NCBI GenBank assembly: GCA_025201805.1
Contig: MU619263.1
Coordinates: 133,715-197,714, forward strand
Origin: Parasitella parasitica NRRL 2501
Lineage: Eukaryota > Fungi > Mucoromycota
Direction: 5' to 3'
DNA length: 64,000 bases
The position numbers and the translations under genes are program-made. A model generated the notes under the pieces. That model saw only the letters and a program-made list of their open reading frames with translations. It was not told where the DNA came from and made no database searches. Shown here piece after piece: positions 39,762-51,307 of the stretch (position 1 is its first letter; the number at the start of each line of letters is the position of its first letter).

Positions 39762-40751
39762 TTATTGAATTGTGCATGCTGCTTTGTTTTTTCTTGAAGA
39801 TCGATTGTTGGTAGTTCCTTCCTCCCAGGCCTGCTGGGAATCGAAGCCAATTTTCATATTATAAGCTGCATAAGAGTTTGCCTATGTATTACAATCAATA
39901 TTTTTGACATTTTTATCATCATTTGTAGAAAAAGCTTTTTTTTTTACCTTGACCCATGCTTCTCCAATTTCAGTGGTATATTCATTCCCTAATCGTTTTT
40001 TCAGGGCAGATGCAAAGGCAGGGCCAACAAGTTCCAAATGCTGTGGCTTCACTTTATAAAAATAGTGTCTTGCACCCAATTCTCTCATTTGAAGCGCAAG
40101 CCATTCGGGATCTCCTTCATCATAGCTATCTTCGCTGCTATCAAAGCTAGTAGCTCTTTTTCTGGCGTTGATATCTTTAATAGTTGTTGGCGTTGAGGGG
40201 GGAGAATCAGGTCCTGCTGCCGAGTAGTTACCAGAACCACCACAGCACGCCGGTCTTGTCAAGGCGGAATTATTATTAGTGACATTGGGAGCTCTTGCAA
40301 TATATGAAATCATGCCAGTCAAGGCTCTTGCTTGTTGAAATACATTGTCAAACAGCTGTCTACAATCTTCATCCATCTCAAACAGAGCATCATAGAAGGC
40401 CAAACCAAAGGCATGAGATGCAGACACATTTCTATCGTCTGTTTCATGTCGAATTTGAGAGACTCTTTCCCAGCTGGTTCGGACGAGGTCAATCTGCTTT
40501 TGGGTAGGTGACATGTCTTCATCTACGCTATTACCGTTCATCATCGGACAGCGGCTTATATCGCCTTGATATCTACTTATATCGGGATGTGGTGGTGATA
40601 ATGGAGGGGACTTCGGAAACCGATTGAAGAACTTGCGTATGTTTGTGCTATTTTGTCTCTTGCTGCCGCCCAGCAGTGACGATGATAAACTAGACTTTGC
40701 GCTATTTGAGCTGGTTAAATATGAAGTTTGTTGAGTTGTGTCAGAATTCAT
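39762..40751 (-). CDS. Single-domain 3/3 globin with a long E-F insertion and C-terminal CaaX motif
   Basis: QIDLVRTSWERV (A helix), AFYDALF (TyrB10), QLF (CD1), QQARAL (E), ELGARHYFYKVKPQHLELVGPA (proximal His), EAWVK. After phase-0 intron 39882-39947 it continues ANSYAAYNMKIGF...RSSRKNKAACTIQ*. Confidence 0.85.
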
Positions 40752-42771
40752 TAGTCTAAATTTCGGGAAAAATGAAGAGGTAGAAGCGAAACGCTAATAG
40801 AGTAGCCTTTTTATATTAAAATTTAATTTTTTTAAGGGGGTTTTGTGTCCACTTCAGAACAAGGAGAAGGTGGTAATATTGGTGTAATTCTGAAATACGA
40901 ACGGTTAATCAGTGTCTTTCGGTGGTGAATGTAGAAATGCAGATGGTTCTAATAATCAGGCTATTTATTATTACAGTCAGCATGTCTTTGTGCGCACAAA
41001 GTTGGCAATCAAATGGGCGCGTTAACTATTGAACGTCGTAATTTTATACTCGTATTATTTTCTTAAAAAAAAAGGGGGAGGGGCCATAATCTCCAATCGA
41101 TCGCGATATCATTGGAGCAAACACACAATGGAGAAGCTACTGTTTTACCCCAAGCAGTCAGAATGGATGATACTAGAAGCTTTCTTTTTTGATGTTTCAA
41201 AGAGTGTTTGCAACAGACTCAATACGTTGCCTTTTTTGCCATGTACTGAAAAGCGTCTTAATTTACATGTTAATGAACAGGCGTCTGGAAGGCCGTATGA
41301 TGTAAAACAGCCTTAGAGATACATCGATCAAACCAACTCTGCTTAAAAGATCGGCCAAATATTGAACGATTCTGGGTAAATTTGTCCCTTTAGTTGAGTA
41401 GCTTCTTTCACTATAGACTTATTTTCTCAGATCACTGCATTGCCATAGAAAAAAGGGGAGAGGGCACTTACATTCGCTTGCTTGTTTGTCTACCTCAAAT
41501 ACATGATTAATTTTCCAAGAATTCAATGTAACCATCGTTTTAGGTTGCACAAACAAATCCAGCCAGAACACGTTTCCAATCAACAACAGTAAACGAGGTC
41601 GTAACTAGTTGCTGCTTTACGATAATCTTCAAAAGGCAACTTGACATTCATTAGCATTTATCAGGTTACGCAATAACGTATGTGGTTTTCTTTTGACTAC
41701 TGTTGCACATTTACAGCTCGTCTGTTGACTGAACAATAATACAGACACCTTGAGTGTATTGATATTGTATATATTATTCTCTCCTATCATCGCCTCCCCT
41801 TCTTCTTTGCTAGTACATGTACTCGAGATGCCTGTATTTCATAATAGTACTGCTGGATATATGGCTCGATTGGAGACACAGTTTCGCCTTCCTGTGACAT
41901 TAAAGACGAAATATTCAATATCGATAAATCGATCACAGGAGTAAATGGATTTTGTTAACATAATAAGTTAAGACGCATTAAAGTAAACATCATCATATCA
42001 TTTACTAATGCAGGAGGCGTTTTCATTTTATCATCGCCATAATCTTGATTATAGAATTCAAATTATACAATATATGCGCGCATCAAGTAAAGTGCGCGGA
42101 ATGTAATGCAATTTAATGCCATTTCCAGAATACATGTGATAGCCAGTCTCTGTGCTGTAATATAGTATACATATACAAATGCAAAAGACTTTCTATATCA
42201 CACAATGCCGATGTTTATTCTCGTTGCACAGCATGTCTTTTTAACTTGAATTTTCCTGTCAGGCCAAGATATAATATTCTGTATCCCACATGGGAGCCAT
42301 CTCAAAAATATGAGGTAATCTTTTGATGCTGTGCCTCTATTGTGCGGCAGGTGCTTCTTTTATGGAACCAGATATATGATCAAGCATACTCTACAGTAAT
42401 TTTTATATAAATTAGTAGAGTTTAAATCGAAGTATGCCAAAATAAATATATGAAAATGATGAAAAATCAATCTAACGGAGCCTTTGCATATTGCTGGCTT
42501 TACAACTTTTTCTGTAGAGAAGCCCTGTTGCCCTACATATGCACAATCAGATAAGACACCAAAGTGCAAACTAAACTGCAATGAGATCATTGATAAATCT
42601 TCAATCATCAGACTTTTCGATCTTCAATTGCTGTTTTGTACAGTTTTTCAGCATTAAATTCAAAACAACTATTAATTTTTTCAGACCAATAAAGATAGCC
42701 TCGAAGGACAAACTATTTACGATACAGTGATGGCTTGTTGTTATTGCTGCTGCAGTTGCTGGCTACTATTC

Positions 42772-42960
42772 TTATCTTGTTGAAAAGCACTTGGCTGGAT
42801 GATTGCATTTCAAATTGCTAAAGGCAATCGTCATCGTATTCCACGCAGCCTTCACATCTCGTCGCCACAGTATTCTGCAGGACTTGCATACCAGCGCACA
42901 TCTAATTGAACAAGGCGATCAAAATTAAGCCGACATGTCGAAGCTTTTCCACTCGTCATA
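42772..42960 (-). pseudogene. Fanzor/TnpB-like C-terminal relic (Zn-ribbon half plus RuvC III)
   Basis: The frame reads YDEWKS..(stops)..RCALVCKSCRILWRRDVKAAWNTMTIAFSNLKCNHPAKCF. A shifted frame supplies QPSAF. This matches the C-x2-C-x3-W-x-RD-x-NA-x2-N...RP-x2-F pattern. Confidence 0.6.
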
Positions 42961-43467
42961 AGATATCCTCAACAATACCATCCATTCTGTTGACTATAAT
43001 CATCAGAGGGAGCGTCATTTTGTAAATGATAAAAGCCCTGATAAAATAGATTTTGATGATTTGGCGATTCAGAAAAATCATCTAAATAAAAACAACATTC
43101 GTCTAAAATTGGAACCTTTGATCGTTGACAATACTGAAACTTTACCTAAATTTACATTTTTGGATATGCATTCTTATATGGTAATTGATCCTTTACTAGT
43201 TGTGTGTATGCAGTAATGTCAACATCAACAACAAATGGACCTTTTTCTCCCTTAAATTTAGCTCTATAATATTATTTTTTCATACATTCCTCTCTAGTAT
43301 ATACATTTATTTACATTAAAGAGAACAAATACCTAATGCATCATTGTTTGGCAAGCATACCATCTGTCAATTTATAATTCATACAGTTTTCTTGTATTTT
43401 ACAACAACTCGCATATATCAAGATTTTTATTCTTCTAAATTTGTTTGTAGAGTGTCTCAATATCAAG

Positions 43468-44705
43468 TCAAAGTACTGAACTGCTGCTGCTAGTTGATTG
43501 CTTGGGCGATGATGCAATAGGTATTGTAGATGTAGATGCAGATGCAGATGTGGATGTGGATGAAGACTTTGTTGTTAATGATTCTGCTGCTGTTGTGTGA
43601 GCTTGTTGTTGTTCTGATTTTTGATTTCCCGGCATCTCATCTTCGTGTCCATGTTGATGGCTGTCGGGAGCAAATACTTCCTCTACTACTTCCTCTGCTG
43701 CTGACTCAGGCACGTTAGCCGCCTCTTCTTCTACTTGTCCTTCCACTGAATCCATTGCGATATCAATGCTGTCGTCTCTAGGCCGGTTTCCTTCTACTAA
43801 CCAACGTCTAAAGTTGTACGGATAAAGCTTAGTCAAATGGGGACTTCACCATGAGTGTTTCTTACATTATCCTCGGTGTAGCAAGCCATTTCTTTCCTTG
43901 GCTAACGGGATCCCGAGGCCATACGTCTTCGAAAAAGTAGTAAATATGTCCAACCAGAACACCCAATATATCGCCTGTAGGTATTTGACCTCCTAAGCAC
44001 AAAGAGAATATCAACAAAACCCAAGGTAAATAAGGTGCAGTGAATACGAGCAATCCTAGAAAATTCAGGCGAACATATGGGTTTCTTCTAGCCCAAATGT
44101 ATACCATTGTAAACGAGAGAGCAGAGCCCATGAAAGGTAGAGAAGCAAATGGTACAATGATCTAGTATGTTTGTAAGTTACACGCCATGTGCAGCAGTGG
44201 TCGAAAACTTACAGATATAGCAAGAAGTACACTTGCTGAAAACACCATAAGCCATACATAATCCGCAGGTTTATTCCTGAAAAAGCCCTCTTCCATCATC
44301 CTACTATACCTCGCTCTTTTTACTAATGTCAGCTTCTCCATTGCCTCTTCTTTCGTAGTACACTTACAGGAAGAATATGTGAAAGCAGAAGTCTATCGAT
44401 AAAGGCCCAAAATAAAAGAAGTTTGTGATTAATCGCCACCACTGTTGTATATCACTTTTAGTCTTTAGTTTGCTCTCTGTCGTATTTATAGTTACCTGAA
44501 AGTCATGAGCAATGCTTTCGTAATTCAACCACAACTGCAAAGGATGTATAAAGCCAAGTTGCTATTAAAGAATGCAATTAGGTACAAAGACATTTCAGTT
44601 TAAAAGGGGCCTTACCACTGCAATGCTGGTACAGCAAGCTGCAGATATATAAATTCTCGTAATAGGTGGTATCTCAGTAAACCATGTTTCCAAAGGTGAT
44701 GGCAT
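43468..44705 (-). CDS. DER1: Derlin (Der1/Derlin-2) ERAD membrane protein
   Basis: MPSPLETWFTEIPPITR, WWRLITNFFYFG, YSRMMEEGFFR, VYIWARRNP, APYLPWVLL, GHIYYFFEDVWP. Multiple introns. Confidence 0.92.
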
Positions 44706-45344
44706 TATGTGTGTTTTTAGGAGAAGAGAAACAAAGGTTTATTATTCATCGCTGGCTAGACTCCATTGGACATTCATACAGGTTGCTAATTTGCTGTGAC
44801 TACTGCAATGCTTATGCGAAATTGAAATGAACAATAGCGAATAGAACATCACAATGAACCAAGCCAGTTCTTTAATGCTATCAATCTTGAGACACAAGAC
44901 TCATCACAAAAGAGATACACCGAAAAAATAAAAGAGTAGTAATTTATCAATGATGATAACGAAATGATAGATGATGACAAAAGCAAATGTGCTAGTAGAA
45001 CCTGAATTGTATAGTGTCCCTTTAGGCACACTTATCTATACCATCGACATTGGAAACAGTAGATTACGGGGTAGGTACTTTTGAAACCCCAATTCAATTG
45101 TCTCTAAGCATGTCAGCCTGTGTACTCTGCACCATATTATTAGCTGCTTATATCATACGTAGCAAAATGAATGACAACCTACATCGAGCGACGCAGAGCT
45201 GGCCACACCTCACCAAGAATAGCAACGGGATTAAAAAAGTGCATGAAATTAAACAAAAAGCCTCCTCCCCCCCCCCTCCCCTTATTTTCATGTGGCCTTG
45301 AACCAGGTTTCCTATTTCTTCATTTTATCTTTTACTTTTATAAA

Positions 45345-46362
45345 ATGTCTGATATTGGTAGCGATACTCAAGTGTCTCCTTCTGTTCTTATAAAGAGTAT
45401 GTTGTAATGCTAGTGAAAAAAGATAGTAGCATAATCTAATTTTTACTCGACTAGACATTGTCGAGGATTTATTTTCCTACAACACAGTTAAAAGAAAGAG
45501 AATTTTAGAATACTATTTCTTTGAAAACGCTTCGCTATCATCGCCTATCATGAGCACAGAAGGGGTGCTAAACATTCAATAGTAACTATGCAAACATATA
45601 CCACCGCAAAACAAAAAATTTTTAACATACAATTAGTGTTTATACTGTTTGGCAAGCCATGAATAGAACAGAACCTAAAATAAACAACATTGTATTTGAT
45701 GGGTACATTAAGAAAAAAAGCAGCCATAGTACACCAGGATTCACACGATTAACTTGGTTTGTTTCATAGACATACAGCGGTTGTTCATTTTACGCAAAAT
45801 ATTTCACCATGTATATTTCCATCATTTATCCGCCTTCAGGTACCAGCGATCACGACGCTTCATTTCAAGGAAACAGATCAAGACAATGGACTATTGAAAA
45901 TATACAGACAAGAAGACAGCTGGACCTTGGAAGGTACTATGCAAACACTCAATTTCATATGCATGTATGGTCAATTAAACAACACCACTAGGCTTAATCC
46001 AATCTGTACCACTCATATCGTTCTGGTATGACCATGTCCTTCGTTTGATCATGGGAAAGATTGTCACGGCTACAGGTGATTTGCTCGACGCTGCTATACA
46101 GCAGGCTGAAAAAATGACGGTTCGCGGTCAAGAAATTCAACGGATTGGACGCGATTTAGCAATTGAAAATATGGAGAAGCTGGATGAATATAAATCAGAT
46201 TTGCATGAAAATTACCTGAAAGGAATCAGAAGCTGGAGAGAATCTTGCGTATTGGAGGATATAGATGACTTTAGTGAACCTCCAATTCCTTCTTCGTATT
46301 TGGTGAAAGAATACGATGGAAGAGAAAGTCGGCATCATATGGCTGTGGATGATGTTGACTAA
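45345..46362 (+). CDS. Hypothetical protein, probable NTF2/SnoaL-like fold
   Basis: Spliced product MSDIGSDTQ...YFFENASLSSP...AVVHFTQ...ITTLHF...KIYRQEDSWTLEG with plausible GT-AG introns. The terminal KI-x2-QED-x-W strand is typical of SnoaL-like folds. Confidence 0.65.
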
Positions 46363-46882
46363 CATTCGTTTTATTGCCAATAAAATATCATTGATACTCG
46401 ATAGGGTTGGAATTGCCATTTCGAAGTTTTAAACATTTCGTAAATAAGGGATATTGAATCCAATGAACCCAGGCCCATTACCGTATAATGTACAAAATCT
46501 TTATATGCAATTAAAAGGGTCTAGTATGTGGTCAAGACAGCAGGTGGCTGTTCTCTCTGTAATAGTCTGTGAATTAAGATCTACAGGGTGCCGGGGTTTC
46601 AAGCCAAAAAGGCAAACATGTAATAATTCAAATGTCGATCTGGTGCCTGAATTTTTTGTGTTCAACCTGAATTCAATTTTACATGTTATCTATATTAAAT
46701 TTTATTCTGAACTTAACTATGCATGTAATAAATAGTGTTACTCTTGGATTGTAATCAAGAAAACACAAAATTGGGTTTTTATAACGTTCATTTAGTTGAA
46801 GTGATGCTGGTTTATAGTTGCAAGCGCTAGATATCTCATCATCCCAAAAAAAAAAAAATAAGAAATTACATGGTTGTTTATA

Positions 46883-46929
46883 NNNNNNNNNNNNNNNNNN
46901 NNNNNNNNNNNNNNNNNNNNNNNNNNNNN
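46883..46929. other. Assembly gap (N run)
   Basis: Run of n characters. Confidence 1.
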
Positions 46930-47150
46930 AAAAAAAAAAAAAGAAAAAAAAAACTAGTGCTTTGTATGTTTTGTTAACAGCTAATTTTTATTATGGAATT
47001 AAGCTAGTCTGAATCATCAAACATATATAAGTTTGACGCAAAACATTATGTTCTGCTGGGGAAATTTGCATTCTTTGAACATGGGTTTGCTACAACTTGG
47101 AAACAGCGTTTCAGCAGTTATGTTGTATTCAGCCAGACATCTAACAGCAT

Positions 47151-47462
47151 TTAATTAGATTTGCCAGATAAGCGGTAAGACTTGAACTTTCCATCGGTGA
47201 CACTTTTTTCATGTGGAGACAATTGTTTCGAACTTCCTTTGCAGTTGGAGTCAAAGTAAAACGTAAGCTTGCGATTTTTGGTAAAATTCACAATGTCATA
47301 ATACTGGGGATGCTCTGGGAAGGTGTTGATACACTTGTTTTCGGATAGATTGTATCCTTTTCCATTGATTCCAGCCTGTGGAAGATTTTTTGTTGGTGCG
47401 GCAGAGACAATGCAGACAGCAATTAATAGAAGCAGAAGCATGGAGAGGGTTTCGCGAGCCAT
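47151..47462 (-). CDS. Small secreted protein (signal peptide, 2 mature Cys, beta/gamma-crystallin-like pattern)
   Basis: Hydrophobic LLLLLIAVCIVSA|AP cleavage site, then KCIN...LTFYFDSNCKG...FKSY. Confidence 0.75.
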   Translation of the reverse strand: MARETLSMLLLLLIAVCIVSAAPTKNLPQAGINGKGYNLSENKCINTFPEHPQYYDIVNFTKNRKLTFYFDSNCKGSSKQLSPHEKSVTDGKFKSYRLSGKSN

Positions 47463-47844
47463 TTTAGATAGAAGCGTGATATTGAGATGGTACTAGCTCT
47501 TTGCCATCGACTGCTTTTATACAAATTCTCCAAACACAGGCTCATTCTTATGAGCTGCATGCTATTTAGCGCATTACCTGATGTAACAATGATCGTGACG
47601 AACAATGAGCTATCCGCAGAAGCCAGAGCAAGAGACGGTTAATTGTCCAGAGTCAAATGATAGAAAAGGAAGCAATGTCTTTGTATATGAGGCTGCAGCA
47701 TATTAACGAGTGATTTTGCATAATGGCATGCCATAGAACAAAAACCACAGTTGAGCCGTATTGCCGCTATTTACAGTGCCTCTAGCCAGGGCACCGCACA
47801 TTACCAATGTTTGATTGCGTTACGGTACCACAAAAGGGAGGTGA

Positions 47845-49199
<1,355 letters not shown>

Positions 49200-49727
49200 C
49201 GTTCGATGTACATTACCTTATATCCTTTTATTTGACGTTTATTTGTAATTGGAATAGTATCAATTGATATTCCCCTGGATCTGCTGCATATCATCGATAT
49301 TGCAACCCTGATTGACGGCATAAAATACGTCAACCAGCATTTTCTGTCATTCTAATACAATATGCAAGTCTTGATTACATCAACCTTATCTGATAATGCT
49401 TGTGAAACAAGTATAGGATTTTGTTTAATTTTTATTTTATTTTTCACGAATGCTTCAAGCCAAAAAAGCCGTAGAGCTAACCTGCGTTAGAAGCTAGCAA
49501 ACAGAATGCTCATATGGACGCAATTGCCAAAGTATGCACCGAACCCTGTTTGTATTCCATGTACTGTATTTCCATCGGTTTTCTTGATGTCTGCAGTATA
49601 CGTGTTTCTTGTGGCATGTCTCACAAATGGAAAGGGTGACGATTAAATTTACCTTTCTGCAAAAGAAAAAGCTATATCATTTGCGTGTCTCTCATTCTTT
49701 CTTTTATCACTTTTTTCTTCTTCTATA

Positions 49728-50783
49728 ATGGCCCCACCAGCTTCTGCTCCATTGCAAGCACGCGTGCTCTCCCTTGTCAAGGTAAATACTGAGCAATTTG
49801 ACTGCAAGAATTGCCCTCGGAATAAACAATATATGTGAACAATAGACGCTTCAATTTGCTTGGTTTGTTGGCCATGTTTTAACGCTTCTCGGTACATGCT
49901 TATACGCCACCACCGTAGTCTTATTCCGCTCAAACACATATTTCTATAAGCTTGCTTACTTTGGTGCCTTATTATCGTATGGCGTTGTTATTTACAAATC
50001 GCACGGCGTAAGTAGCTTTGATTTAGCCATGACCTCATCATAACTCAATGATACATTCAGAAACCCCAACCCAATGTCAATTATGCTCGCAAGTTGGTTA
50101 TGGATGAAAATGCTCAATACTTGCTGCTTGCATTTTTCTGGTTCTTTTCAGCCCCCATCACTGGTAAATGTCATTTTTAGGTTGCTGGTGTGTCATCATC
50201 AAGTTCAATTCATGCTAAAAAAGTAAGCGTTATGTAGTTACCCTGATCCCCTTCTTTACCTTTTCTGCTTTCCATGCTCTCGGTTATGTGCGTACCAATA
50301 TCATTCCTTACGTTTTCCCTCGCCCCGCTGCACCGGCTGGAGGAAATGAAACTGCTCCCGCTACATGGCAATCCAGTGTTCAAGAAAAAATCAAATCTTG
50401 GACCGACAAGTACTATGGCTCTGCTATGCGCTTCGTTGCTCAGTCAGAAGTTACTATAATCGCTGTCCGCTTGATTTTGGGTCTATTCCGGTAAGTTGGA
50501 TGGCTCTGGGATTTAGGCTGTGTATGCTAACAGTTGCGATCTTAGTTTGAACATTGTGCCCATCATTTTATTTGCTCAGTTCCTCCGTTTCCGTTACCAT
50601 TTGTCAACGTATACTCGCCAAACATTTACAGAACTTCGCGTCAAATTGGATGCTTTATTCTTGCCTCCTTCAGCTGATCCCCGCATCCCTCCCATTGCTG
50701 TCAAGGCTTACACCATGATTACAGGGCTCATTACACAGTTTGGCAACTCTATTGTTCAAGCTCCACCTGCAACTGCCCAATAA
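49728..50783 (+). CDS. POM33: Pom33/TMEM33 (UPF0121) ER/nuclear-pore membrane protein
   Basis: QFAWFVGHV, YGVVIYKS, LVMDENAQYLLLAFFW, LIPFFTFSAFH, FLRFRYHLSTYTR. Confidence 0.85.
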
Positions 50784-51307
50784 TAGTCAATATATTCCTT
50801 TTTTTTTTATTCATAGGATGTATCACAGTAGTTATATTTATAAAATTCTTGCATAACGTCTACTGTAAAGTAAAATGCACTTTAACTGAAAAAAAGACCG
50901 AGTGGACATGAAAAGAGAGGATGGGGTGACATGTGAATGTAATCCGAGTGAACATATATGAAAAGAAGACCACAAAAAATTGGGCGAGATGGAATAGTAC
51001 TACATTTTTGGTCGATGAGATGGTCAAGACCATCACCTTCCCACATATATGCCATTACAAGTCATTTATACATACACAAATACACGGGCACATATTCCAT
51101 GAAAAAAAGACATTTTAGGGCGGGAATGGCTCTCATTATTTCGCCTAATGTTCGTTATTTCAGCCTTCTTTTCATATTTCAAATTGATTAATGCGTATAA
51201 AGTATCGTGTTTATAAAAGAGATATTTAAAAGTAGTATTGAAAATAAATTATTTACATAATATTTAATATTTAAATGGTATATCTCTTACACACATTGTT
51301 AGGTAGT

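Noticed and set aside
42002-42008. TTACTAA Yap1-type site upstream of the globin
   Set aside because: A single AT-rich 7-mer 1.25 kb away is expected by chance in this base composition.
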